A stretch of 64,000 nt of DNA, taken from positions 62,001 through 126,000 of the forward strand of contig NW_018480044.1 in the NCBI RefSeq assembly GCF_002113885.1. The letters run 5' to 3'. Origin of the DNA: Mizuhopecten yessoensis. Its lineage: Eukaryota. Of the stretch, positions 1 through 14,300 are shown piece after piece. The notes beneath the pieces were generated by a model. It worked only from the letters and a program-made list of their open reading frames with translations. It did not search any database and was not told where the DNA came from. How positions within the stretch are numbered: the stretch's first letter is position 1; every line of letters starts with the position of its first letter. Both the position numbers and the translations under genes were made by a program.

Positions 1-3000
1 CACCTTAAAGGACAAACTGAGGAATAGTAAACTTATAGTTCACCTTAAAGTACAAACTGAGGAATAGTAAACTTATAGTTCACCTTAAAGTACAGACTGA
101 GGAACAGTAAACTTACAGTTCACCTTAAAGTACAAACTGAGGAATAGTAAACTTATAGTTCCCCTTAAAGTACAAACTGAGGAACAGTAAACTTATAGTT
201 CACCTTAAAGTACAAACTGAGGAACAGTAAACTTACAGTTCACCTTAACATACAAACTGAGGAATAGTTAACTTACAGTTCACCATAACGTACAAACTGA
301 GGAACAGTAAACTTATAGTTCACCTTAAAGTACAAACTGAGGAACAGTAAACTTATAGTTCACTTTAAAGTACGAACTGAGGAACAGTAAACTTACAGTT
401 CACCTTAACATACAAACTGAGGAATAGTAAACTTATAGTTCACCTTAACATACAAACTGAAGAATAGTAAACTTACAGTTCACCGTAAAGTACAAACTGA
501 AGAACAGTAAACTTACAGTTCACCTTAAAGTACAAACTGAGGAACAGTAAACTTACAGGTCACCTTTACATACAAACTGATTAACAGTAAACTTACAGTT
601 CACCTTAACATACAAACTGATTAACAGTAAACTTACAGTTCACCTTAAAGTACAAACTGAGGAACAGTAAACTTACAGTTCACCTTAAAGTACAAACTGG
701 GGAACAGTAAACTTACAGATCATCTCTACGTACAAACTGAGGAACAGTAAACTTACAGTTTACCTTAAAGTACAAACTGAGGAATAGTAAACTTATAGTT
801 CACCTCTTACAGTTCACCTTAACATACAAACTGAAGAATAGTAAACTTACAGTTCACCATAACATACAAACTGAAGAATAGTAAACTTACAGTTCACCTT
901 TAAGTACAAACTGATTAATAGTAAACTTACAGTTCACCTTAAAGTACAAAGTGAAGAACAGTAAACTTACAGTTCACCATAACGTACAAACTGAAGAATA
1001 GTAAACTTACAGTTCACCGTAACAAACTGATTAATAGTAAACTTACAGTTCACCGTAAAGTACAAACTGAAGAACAGTAAACTTACAGTTGACCATAACA
1101 TACAAACTGAAGAATAGTAAACTTACAGTTCACCTTAACAAACTGATTAATAGTAAACTTACAGTTCACCATAACATACAAACCGAGGAACAGTAAACTT
1201 ACAGTTCACCTTAAAGTACAACCTGAAGAACAGTAAACTTACAGTTCACCATAACATACAAACTGAGGAACAGTTAACTTACAGTTCACCTTAACATACA
1301 AACTGAAGAATAGGAAACTTACAGTTCACCGTAAAGTACAAACTGAAGAACAGTAAACTTACAGTTCACCTTTAAGTACAAACTGAGGAACAGTAAACTT
1401 ACAGTTCACTTTAACATACAAACTGAGGAACAGTAAACTTACAGTTTACCTTAAAGTACAAACTGAAGAACAGTAAACTTACAGTTGACCATAACATACA
1501 AACTGAAGAATAGTAAACTTACAGTTCACCTGAACATACAAACTGAAGAATAGTAAACTTACAGTTCACCTTAACATACAAACTGAGGAATAGTAAACTT
1601 ACAGTTCACCTTAAAGTACAACCTGAAGAACAGTAAACTTACAGTTCACCATAACATACAAACCGAGGAACAGTAAACTTACAGTTCACCTTAAAGTACA
1701 AACTGAGGAACAATAAACTTATAGTTCACCTTAAAGTACAAACTGAGGAACAATAAACTTATAGTTCACCTTAAAGTACAAACTGAAGACAGTAAACTTA
1801 CAGTTCACCTTAAAGTACAACCTGAAGAACAGTAAACTTACAGTTCACCATAACATACAAACTGAAGAATAGTAAACTTACAGTTCACCTTAACAAACTG
1901 ATTAATAGTAAACTTACAGTTCACCATAACATACAAACTGAGGAACAGTAAACTTACAGTTCACCTTAACATACAAACTGAGGAACAGTAAACTTATAGT
2001 TCACCTTAAAGTACAAACTGAGGAACAATAAACTTATAGTTCACCTTAAAGTACAAACTGAGGAACAATAAACTTATAGTTCACCTTAACATGCAAACTT
2101 AGGAACAGTAAACTTATAGTTCACCTTAACGTACAAACTGAGGAACAGTAAACTTATAGTTCACCTTAAAGTACAAACTGAGGAACAGTAAACTTATACT
2201 GAGGAACAGTAAACTTACAGTTCACCTTAACATACAAACTGAGGAACAGTAAACTTACAGTTCAACTTAACATACAAACTGAGGAACAGTAAACTTATAG
2301 TTCACCTTAAAGTACAAACTGAGGAACAATAAACTTATAGTTCACCTTAACATGCAAACTGAGGAACAGTTAACTTACAGTTCACCTTAACATGCAAACT
2401 GAGGAACAGTTAACTTATAGTTCACCTTAACATACAAACTGAGGAACAGTAAACTTACAGTTCAACTTAACATACAAACTGAGGAATAGTTAACGTACAG
2501 TTCACCATAACGTACAAACTGAGGAACAGTAAACTCATAGTTCACCTTAACATACAAACCGAGGAACAGTAAACTTATAGTTCACCTTAAAGTACAAACT
2601 GATGAACAGTAAACTTATACTGAGGAACAGAAAACTTACAGTTCACCTTTAAGTACAAACTGCGGAACAGTAAACTTACAGTTCAACTTAACATACAAAC
2701 TGAGGAATAGTTAACGTACAGTTCACCATAACGTACAAACTGAGGAACAGTAAACTTATAGTTCACCTTAAAGTACAAACTGAGGAACAGTAAACTTATA
2801 CTGAGGAACAGTAAACTTACAGTTCACCTTTAAGTACAAACTGAGGAACAGTAAACTTACAGTTCACCTTAAAGTACAAACGAATAGTAAACTTACAGTT
2901 CACCTTAACATACAAACCGAGGAACAGTAAACTTATAGTTCTCCTAAACATACAAACTGAGGAACAGTAAACTTATAGTTCACCTTAAAGTACAAACTGA

Positions 3001-3690
3001 TTAATAGTAAACTTATAGTTCACCTTAAAGTACAAACCGAGGAACAGTAAACTTATAGTTCACCTAAACATACAAACTGAGGAACAGTAAACTTATAGTT
3101 CACCTTAAAGTACAAACTGAGGAACAGTAAACTTATAGTTCACCTTAAAGTACAAACTGAGGAACAGTAAACTTATAGTTCACCTTAAAGTACAAACTGA
3201 GGAACAGTAAGCTTACAGTTCACCTTTACATACAAACTGAAGAACAGTAAACTTACAGTTCACCTTAACATACAAACTGAGGAACAGTAAACTTACAGTT
3301 CACCTTAACATACAAACTGAGGAACAGTAAACTTATAGTTCACCTTAACATACAAACTGAGGAACAGTAAACTTATAGTTCACCTTAAAGTACAAACTGA
3401 GGAACAGTAAGCTTACAGTTCACCTTAACATACAAACTGAGGAACAGTAAGCTTACAGTTCACCTTAACATACAAACTGAGGAACAGTAAACTTACAGTT
3501 CACCTTAACATACAAACTGAGGAACAGTAAACTTACAGTTCACCTTAACATACAAACTGAGGAACAGTAAACTTACAGTTCGCCTTAACATACAAACTGA
3601 TTAATAGTAAACTTACAGTTCACCTTAACATACAAACTGAGGAACAGTAAACTTACAGTTCACCTTAACATACAAACTGATGAACAATTG
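1..3690. repeat. 40-bp minisatellite, ~90 diverged copies, continues left of the window
   Basis: Unit agttcaccttaa(ag/ca)tacaaactgaggaacagtaaactta(c/t); diverged copies near 3700-3760 and 4136-4175. Confidence 0.97.
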
Positions 3691-4423
3691 TAATTATGGG
3701 TAACTTAATACAACAAACTGATGAAAGGTAGTACCAATGTTTACGTTAACTTACAAACTTGAGCGTTGACCTGCTTTCAGTTTGCATTTATATTGCCTAT
3801 GAAAGCCAACTAAAAGGAGTTCAATACAGTACTTTTTTTACATTTACCATTTTTAGAATATGTTAATTGCAAAATAAATTAACTTTTGATAATTCAACAT
3901 TTAACCAAAATGAGTGTTTTTATTGTATATGCCTGTTCAATGAAAATAACAACTATTCGTCTAAGAAGGTCAATGGTATCCAATGTTACAATTATGACAT
4001 CAACAGTTGAGTCATGATATTCATAGCTGATATGAATGCCATCTGTGGTAGGGTTACATAGCAACAATACCATATTATGGCAAAAATCAGTCTTTAACTT
4101 ACAATTCCAATATACTTGACAATTAAGTAAGAATGAAGTTTACCTTAACATACAAACTATGGAACAGCAGTACTAAAGTTTAACTTAATACACTTAGAGA
4201 AAAAGTAATAGTATTAATCAGTGCTCAGTTTTCACATTCCAAGGTACAGTAACGCCATATGTATAGCAAGCATTTCTGAAATACACGAGGCATGAATTAG
4301 ACTTTGTAGTGTGCTTTACATATCTTCAGCATTCATCACATCGACAAATGAATAAATACAGCCACATTTAATCAAATATGTCAATTGTTTTTTTGTCCTA
4401 ATGAGGACCCTGGACACTTTTCT

Positions 4424-5230
4424 ATGTACTTACTGAGAATCTTTCCTTTGTCTGAGGGCCCCGCCCACTCTTCCATGTCATACTTACTGAGAATCTTTCC
4501 TTTGTCTGAGAGCCCCGCCCACTCTACCATGTCATACTTACTGAGAATCTTTCCCTTGTTTGAGGGACCCGCCTACTCTTCCATGTCATAATTACTGAGA
4601 ATCTTTCCTTTGTCTGAGGGCCTCGCCTACTCTTCCATGTCATACTTACTGAGAATCTTTCCTTTGTCTGAGGGCCCCGCCCACTTTTCCATGTCATAAT
4701 TACTGAGAATCTTTCCTTTGTCTGAGGGCCTCGCCCACTCTTCCATGTCATACTTACTGAGAATCTTTGCTTTGTCTGAGGGCCCTGCCCACTCTTCCAT
4801 GTTATACTTACTGAGAATCTTTCCTTTGTCTGAGGCCCCCGCCCACTCTTCCATGTCATACTTACTGAGAATCTTTCCTTTGTCTGAGGCCCCCGCCCAC
4901 TCTTCCATGTCATACTTACTGAGAATCTTTCCTTTGTTTGAGGGCCTCGCCCACTCTTCCATGTCATACTTACTGAGAATCTTTCCTTTGTCTGAGGGAC
5001 CCGCCCACTCTTCCATGTCATACTTACTGAGAATCTTTGCTTTGTCTGAGGGCCCTGCCCACTCTTCCATGTTATACTTACTGAGAATCTTTCCTTTGTC
5101 TGAGGGCCTCGCCCACTCTTCCATGTCATAATTACTGAGAATCTTCCCTTTGTCTGAGGGCCTCGCCCACTCTTCCATGTCATACTTACTGAGAATCTTT
5201 CCTTTGTCTGAGGGACCTTCCCACTCCCCT
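4424..5230. repeat. 54-bp tandem repeat, 15 units, each an exon end plus 5' splice site of TDRD12
   Basis: Donor dinucleotides every 54 bp from 5189 to 4433; the unit reads MEEWAGPSDKGKILSKYD on the minus strand. Confidence 0.95.
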
Positions 5231-5304
5231 CCAATCTGCTCCAGCATCAGGGTGTCCATTTTGTCATGAGTCAATAAAGAGTACAAGGAGCGACTCTTTA
5301 ACAA
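5190..5304 (-). CDS. TDRD12: TDRD12 exon (LLKSRSLYSLLTHDKMD...EWEGPSDKGKIL); 3' boundary ambiguous because of the tandem donor array
   Basis: Acceptor ttacttacag|; first donor CTCA|gtaagt at 5189. Confidence 0.8.
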
Positions 5305-8300
5305 CTGTAAGTAAAATTTCAATTTATAAACACAGGTCTGCCCATTATCTAATATCAAAATCTATTAAATCCTAAGAAAACTACTGTATAATGGTTAGAA
5401 ACCAAAATGAAAGACCTCATGAACACCTATATACATACAGGTGAAACGTAGCACAGTTGTACAAGTCTAATTTTACATATAAAAGTAGCACTAGGGATAT
5501 AGAGCCCGAAATGTTAGTACATGTGAAACCATCACTGTCACTGATTAGTAAAATTACCTTGTGAATGTGAAGCGTGGTGTTGACATTGCTACAGAAGATG
5601 ATCATCTTGCTGTTTTCCTGTGCCAGGGAGTTGACCAGCTCCAGGAACTGGGACACCAGCTGGTCTGTCCGCCACAGCAGCGGTATCTGTTTGACACGGC
5701 CGTAAATTGCAGCTTCGAAACGAGAGGTGATGATGAGGGTGGGGTCGGGGATGAATGCATCGATAAAAGAGTTGACCATATTACACCAGCGTGAACTGAA
5801 CACCAGTACCTCACGAGGGGCGGAGCGTTCCACATGCTCCTCTACAACCCGGGAATAGCTGATCATGAAGTCCTGAATCTAACACAAAATAGAGAAAACA
5901 TAATCATGTCACCACTAAAAATGACAAACAAATATGTGAATACACCAAACAATTAATAATAGACAAAAATATTTATCTTAAAAAACATCTTTAAGGTTAT
6001 TTTCTTTCTTATTTTTCAATCACTAGAGGTGATAGCTATATATTGCTCATTGCAAACAAACGAATTGTGATGATACCATCCTTTAACATTCAGTTTTTAT
6101 TTAGAACTGATAATATTTTTTTGTGACTCCAAAGAACTCACCTCTTCCCTGAACTCTTCAAGAACAATCTCAGCATCATCTATAACCTATTAAAGGGAAA
6201 ATACATGTGTCAACCTCAATTTTATGTACTTGTTACAACAAAAGAACTTCACTAATATGCCAGAAAATGCCCATTTTGCTCCTGTTAAATTGACCTAGGG
6301 TGTTTCAGCGATGAGATACCTTTGTCAGCTACAATTTTTTTCTTTTCTTATTTTTTATAAAAAAAAAAACGTTTTAGATAACTTCCAGATAAACCAGAAT
6401 ATTTGTTTTTCAGTTGTAATGGACAAGACCAACAACACAGACAGAGAAAGTTACCACCCACAGAGACATTGTATGTTACCAGCCCACAGAGACATTGTAT
6501 GTTACCGGCCCACAGAGACATTCTGTGTTACCATCCCACAGAGACATTGTATGTTACCAGCCCAGAGAGACATTGTATGTTACCATCCCACAGAGACATT
6601 GTATGTTACCAGCCCACAGAGACATTGTATGTAACCAGCCCACATAGACATTGTATGTTACCAGCCCACATAGACAAAGTATGTTACCACCCACAGAGAC
6701 ATTGTATGTTACCAGCCCACAGAGACATTGTATGTAACCAGCCCGCATAGACATTGTATGTTACCAGCCCACATAGACAAAGTATGTTACCACCCACAGA
6801 GACATTGTATGTTACCAGCCCACAGAGACATTGTATGAAATCAGAAACAGGCATATTAATGCAGTAAGTCACAGAGACCTTTACCTGGATTGATTTGTAA
6901 GATACTTCATATCAATGATTTACAGGTTAAACATCCAGTATAGAAATTACCACACTTTGGGATATTTTTGCACTTTTTGCTAAAAATGGGGCAGTTCAAT
7001 GTCTAGTACGTCAAACTTGGCGTTCAAAAATCCTGTGTGCTAAATTTCAGTATGGTACGAGTTGTTTTCAGATTCAATATACAACCTACTGTATTACGTT
7101 CCACCTGGCTGAACAGGAGTACATTTTTGTAAGATAACTTACGCTTTACTTACCACATAGAGATGTGACCTACATGTATACACTTCTTTACTTACCATAG
7201 AGATGTGACCTTCATGTATACACTTCTTTACTTACCGTATAGAGATGTGACCTACATGTATACACTTCTTTACTTACCGTATAGAGATGTGACCTACATG
7301 TATACACTTCTTTACTTACCGTATAGAGATGTGACCTACATGTATACACTTCTTTACTTACCGTATAGAGATGTGACCTACATGTATACACTTCTTTACT
7401 TACCGTATAGAGATGTGACCTACATGTATACACTTCTTTACTTACCGTATAGAGATGTGACCTACATGTATACACTTCTTTACTTACCGTATAGAGATGT
7501 GACCTACATGTATACACTTCTTTACTTACCGTATAGAGATGTGACCTACATGTATACACTTCTTTACTTACCGTATAGAGATGTGACCTACATGTATACA
7601 CTTCTTTACTTACCGTATAGAGATGTGACCTACATGTATACACTTCTTTACTTACCGTATAGAGATGTGACCTACATGTATACACTTCTTTACTTACCGT
7701 ATAGAGATGTGACCTACATGTATACACTTCTTTACTTACCGTATAGAGATGTGACCTACATGTATACACTTCTTTACTTACCGTATAGAGATGTGACCTA
7801 CATGTATACACTTCTTTACTTACCGTATAGAGATGTGACCTACATGTATACACTTCTTTACTTACCGTATAGAGATGTGACCTACATGTATACACTTCTT
7901 TACTTACCGTATAGAGATGTGACCTACATGTATACACTTCTTTACTTACCGTATAGAGATGTGACCTACATGTATACACTTCTTTACTTACCGTATAGAG
8001 ATGTGACCTACATGTATACACTTCTTTACTTACCGTATAGAGATGTGACCTACATGTATACACTTCTTTACTTACCGTATAGAGATGTGACCTACATGTA
8101 TACACTTCTTTACTTACCGTATAGAGATGTGACCTACATGTATACACTTCTTTACTTACCGTATAGAGATGTGACCTACATGTATACACTTCTTTACTTA
8201 CCGTATAGAGATGTGACCTACATGTATACACTTCTTTACTTACCGTATAGAGATGTGACCTACATGTATACACTTCTTTACTTACCGTATAGAGATGTGA

Positions 8301-11300
8301 CCTACATGTATACACTTCTTTACTTACCGTATAGAGATGTGACCTACATGTATACACTTCTTTACTTACCGTATAGAGATGTGACCTACATGTATACACT
8401 TCTTTACTTACCGTATAGAGATGTGACCTACATGTATACACTTCTTTACTTACCGTATAGAGATGTGACCTACATGTATACACTTCTTTACTTACCGTAT
8501 AGAGATGTGACCTACATGTATACACTTCTTTACTTACCGTATAGAGATGTGACCTACATGTATACACTTCTTTACTTACCGTATAGAGATGTGACCTACA
8601 TGTATACACTTCTTTACTTACCGTATAGAGATGTGACCTACATGTATACACTTCTTTACTTACCGTATAGAGATGTGACCTACATGTATACACTTCTTTA
8701 CTTACCGTATAGAGATGTGACCTACATGTATACACTTCTTTACTTACCGTATAGAGATGTGACCTACATGTATACAAGTTTTTACTTACCGTATAGAGAT
8801 GTGACCTACATGTATACACTTCTTAACTTACCGTATAGAGATGTGACCTACATGTATACAAGTTTTTACTTACCGTATAGAGATGTGACCTACATGTATA
8901 CACTTCTTAACTTACCGTATAGAGATGTGACCTACATGTATACACTTTTTTACTTACCGTATAGAGATGTGACCTACATGCATACACTTCTTTACTTACC
9001 GTATACAGGGTCGGCCATTAGAATTCAAGGGAATTCTTTTCCTCATTCAGATAATAATTATTCTTCGCTTTTATTAAGATCACACTATTATTGGATAATT
9101 TGGTATAAGATTGGTTTTTTGATAATGTCCTCAGACAGGAACTCACAACGTGACAGAGGCGTTCCAGATGGGTGTACTTCTGCTGCAGGAGGCGAGATAA
9201 ACTACGTGGGGTGGTTATCAGTAGTTCACACCCATTGATCAATGGTACCTACAAACAAAAAGAAACAAGCTTAGCTCAGGTATTCCTAACCTTTTATTTA
9301 TTTTACCAATATTTAAATCAGATGATATTAAATTATTAAAAAAATACAGTTTACAAAACCCATTTGAGTTTTTTTGGTGTTTTTTTTAATACACATTTAC
9401 TTTTAATACACATTTCCACAATTGTCAGTTCATTACCTATTTAACATAATAAAGGTAGTTATCTGGATTTCATATTGCAAAACAAACCACTTGATTCTCC
9501 TCGTTCCCCCCTCCATAGGCGACTAGCACACGGAAGGAGCGACTGTTCCCCAGAAGTATTTTGGTCACATCATACACCATCTGGGCACTCTTCCAGAAAG
9601 GCACCAATATAATGGCGTACGGCTGAAGAAACAAAGTTGTACAATGACAAAGTACTACAATATAAAATTTCTGTGACAAAGTAATACAATATCACATTTC
9701 TATGACAAAGTACTACAATATAACATTTTGTGAGAAAGTAATACAATATCACATTTCTATGACAAAGTATTACAATATCACATTTCTGTGACAAAGTAAT
9801 ACAATATCACATTTCTGTGACAATGTATTACAATATCACATTTCTGTGACAAAGTATTACAATATCACAATTCTTTGACAAAGTATTTCAATATCACATT
9901 TCTTTGACAAAGTAACAAAATATAAATATTGGTGAAAAATGTACACAGTATAAACATCTCTGTGACCATGTTGTACAATATTAATATCTCTGAAAACGTA
10001 TGTGGTGATGAATTCAGGAGATAGCTACCAGGATCTGGTGTATTATTCTCAACTTTTGCTCAAAGTAGATATTGTTTTATCAGTACTCCTAACGAATTCA
10101 GCCTGTGCAGTTCAGAAGACACTCACCCCATTGCCGGTGGGAATGTCCTTGTAGTTGGATGGCTTGAGGAGATCAGTGAGGAGCGGGGCAAGGTAGGCGA
10201 ATGTTTTCCCTGACCCGCTGGGCGAAATACCCACCACATTGCGTCCTCTCAAGAGTGCCGGCCAGGTGTAACACTGTACGAACTTTGGTGCCACAATGCC
10301 ATAGTTATCCAGGCCCTGAAACGTCACAGATATTTTAGTTATCTACATCAATTACAACAGCTAGAAAGAAGGATGAGAAGGTCCATGTATACATCAATTA
10401 CAACAGCTAGAAAGAAGGATGAAAAGGTCCATGTATATATACATCAATTACAACAGCTAGAAAGAAGGATGAGAAGGTCCATGTATAAGTATGTTAGTAC
10501 TTGTTTCCCAATCATCATAATGAAATGTCTTTTGTTATTGTATATGTTAATTGACATGAATAAAATATGGTTTAAACTAAATGCTATTAAATTCCTTTTA
10601 ATATTTAAGCAGTCTAGGGATTCATTTCAGCTTCTTTTTTTATCACCTTCAAAAAACTACACAAACATGAAAATATTTGGAATCTAGACGGAAGAATATG
10701 AATAATAGGAATGTACATACCTCTCTAATGATGGGATCCAGTGGTGTGTCGTGGATGTTGTAGATAGGCTTGAGTGGGTCTTCACTGTGGACCAGCACTC
10801 CGTCATCATTCAAATTAGGCTCTTCCCCAGGCTGTTTATATAGAACATAGAGCTGTCTAGAAGTACACATTACACATAATTTCATACAGACAAAAAGCTT
10901 ATACAGTCAAATACACACGATACAGAATATGGCAATTCTTTTCCAAAAATTGCCATCAGAAATCAAAATTAAGATCAGTGACCTATTTTGGTACAGTAAA
11001 TTCTGTCATTTCAGGATAAATCCGCACACCAAATTTGTTCTCCAAGAGAAATAGTTTAGGTGATAAGCTTTGTCAATTTTTTTAATGTCCGAGGTCAGCG
11101 GTCAAAGCATATATCGCAATGACCTATATTTCATTACCTGCATTCTGTTATCATAGGATATACCTGTATATCAAATCTGGTTTCTCCAGGTGAAATAGTA
11201 TAGGAGATATGCCCCAGACAATGTATTTCAAAGGTTGAGATAAAAGATCAAATCATCAGTCAGAGGGACCTACTTTCTTTACTGTGCAACCTGCCAACTT

Positions 11301-14300
11301 AAGGTGTTCTTGCATACCTAATCTGGTTACTCCAGGTAAAATGTTATAGAAGATAGGTCCCAAACAAACTTTTACCACAGGCTGAGCTCAAAGGTCAAAC
11401 CATAGGTAACAGTGACCTATTTCTTGTACTCTGGACTCAACCATTGGAAGATGTACTAGCAAGGATAGGGCTTGTATAGGCTTTGCCTGCCGCCTAATTC
11501 CCTTTAAATCTGATTGATTATAAAATGTTTTGAAATTGAAAATTACTCGCATATCAAATCTGATCATATTTTCTCAAGTTGATATCTGCAAGCAGAATTC
11601 TATTTTTAGCAATGGTGACCTTGACCTCTGGTGGACCACACCTAAAATCAATAAGGTTCTTCGCATCTACTAGGGAAACCCTCACACTAAGTTTTAAGTC
11701 TGTATGGTCATTTGGTCATTCAATCTCAAGTTATAATCCAGACCAACAATCAGAATGGAACCGAGCTCAGCAATATACAGATAGAGATATAGAATGAAGC
11801 AGAATTCTATTTAGAAAATTTGAACTTTGTATTATCGTTCGTTCTAAAGTTACCATCCGTACAATTCCTATCAACAGACTGACAGACAGATACACCGTGG
11901 GGATAAAAAGTTGATGTCTGATAAACAGACAACATGCGACAAACCACAACATAAACGCACCTGGCACTTTGGACCAGGCAAGCTAATAAAACAGTTTCAG
12001 ATGCGGTACTTATGAAATAGACTTTAGTTGTTCCGTCAGTCTTCAGTCTCAGAAAATAGTTTGCCTTTTGGGACAAAACTACAGAGAGATAGACAGACCG
12101 ACACATCCCATGACAGCTTTATACCCCGGATATTTTTACAGAGGAATAAAAAGTTTATGTCCGATGAACAATGATGATTTTCCTTTGTCCCATTCTACAA
12201 CTGTGTCCTTTGATAATAAATCTTCCATTTGTCTAAGCTTTCTAGCATATTTATACAAATACACCTCAAATTTATGTTTTCATCAGTCATCTTTCAAAGT
12301 GAGAACACTCACCTTCTTCCCCATCGAGTGTGAACCCACTCCCACACACAGCTTGTCCAATAACCTACAACAGCAGGAGTGTATAGGGTGCTCCAGTTTT
12401 GTGAAGAGAAGAACAGGCTGTAGTATTCGACTGATCTCATCTCTAGTAATGCAGGTTATAGCATAGTGTACTTGTACAGCTGATATTGATGTTAGTATTC
12501 ACAGATTTTCACATTCTCAGATAAAAACATTGAATTCGAAACAAATTACTGATCTGTTACCATACAACTGATATCTAAATTTTTAAAAAAATTAAAAAAA
12601 TTGGAAAAACCATATATTTTCTCACATTTTATGAATTGCAGCAGACTATACTGGTATCTACAAATCAAATAGAGGTTGATATAGGCAAAATTCTGCATTC
12701 ATCACCCATTTAAAAGAACAACACATCATAATAACCTTCATCGCTATTTCTACTTAATTTACCTTTAACAATACTTTAAAAACAAGCCATTCGGATTGAT
12801 ATGTCTCCTCTGTGCCCCGCTTTGACCAAAAACTTAATGTTTATGGAAATGCTGACAAAGTCAATGGACCATGAAAGGTAGGCCGCATCCAGCATTGGAT
12901 GCATGGGCTGAGAAGTACTACCTAAGATGCATGTATGATCCAAGTTTGAATGGTGTAGCACCTACACTTTCAGAGAAGCTAACTTAAACGCAAAAACTTA
13001 ATGTTGATGGAGATGCTGACAAAATCAAAAGACCATCAAAGGTAGGCAGCATCCAGCATTTGATGCATGGGTTGAGATGTATTTCCTTAGATGCATCATT
13101 GGTCCAAGTTTGGTTGGTCTAGCACCTATACTTTCAGTGAAACTAACTTGAACGCAAAAACTTAATGTTGATGGATATGCTGACAAAGTCAATGGACCAT
13201 GAAAGGTAGGCAGCATCCAGCATTTGATGCATGGGTTGAGATGTATTTCCTTAGATGCATCATTGGTCCAAGTTTGGTTGGTGTAGCACTTATACTTTTA
13301 GTGAAACTAGCTTAAACACAAAAACTTAATGTTGATGGAGATGCTGACAAAATCAAAAGACCATCAAAGGTAGGCAGCATCCAGCATTTGATGCATTGGC
13401 TGAGATGTATTTCCTTCGATGCATCATTGGTCCAAGTTTGGTTGGTGTAGCACTTATACTTTCAGTGAAACTAGCTTAAACACGAAAACTGAATGTTGAC
13501 GCCGCCGTGGCTGGAAAAGCAACACCTATGTCTCGCTTCCACTTTGTGGCGGCGAGATAAAAATTGTCATATATTTTATGACTTAACTCTTTTAATATAA
13601 CTGCATGTCACAAGGAAATATACCCCTATATAAAATTTACTCTTTACAAAACAAAACCAATAGATCTTGCAAATTAAAGAACCACAACTCTTCACAATAA
13701 CCCTCTACTTCTACAAAAATACTGCAAATAATTATTGAAATAAAAAAGCAAATTGAATTTCACTACAAAAGAAATGATGCATAATATGTTCATATTTAAA
13801 ATAAATTGAAATAAAAATAAAAATAAAAGCTTGTGCCGTGATGCATAGTGTGTCCACAATAAAAAGGAAATGATTATAGTCTAAATAACAATTCAAATGT
13901 GGAATGACTGTGGTATTCTGAATACCAATTGTTTTATCAAAAAAAAAGAAGATAAACCCACACTAGAAAAATATACATAGGCACTAATTATTATAACCCT
14001 TGTATCATGTAAGGACCCTTGTTGTAATGTTTTTATAAGTTCAGCTTCTGAATACAAGAAATTTTGTCGAAAATTGGCACCAATGGAAATTGTTGTTTCA
14101 TGCATGCTAACATGTTAAGACCACAATTTATATGAAAAAAGTGTGGCATCAGTTGTGTTATATACACTCTCTACTGTACACCTACGTGTATGTGATTGTG
14201 TTATATACACTCTCTACTGTACACCTACGTGTATGTGATTGTGTTATGTACACTCTCTACTGTACACCTACGTGTATGTGATTGTGTTATATACACTCTC

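Noticed and set aside
4385-5234. ORFs 4385-4591 (+), 4718-5131 (+) and 4524-5234 (-)
   Set aside because: Alternative frames of the 54-bp repeat; only the frame of 4627-5358 is continuous with the TDRD12 exon.
7205-9238. 677-aa (+) and 535-aa (-) ORFs
   Set aside because: Artefacts of a stop-free 42-bp (3n) minisatellite inside a TDRD12 intron; they encode a monotonous 14-aa repeat and have no gene context.
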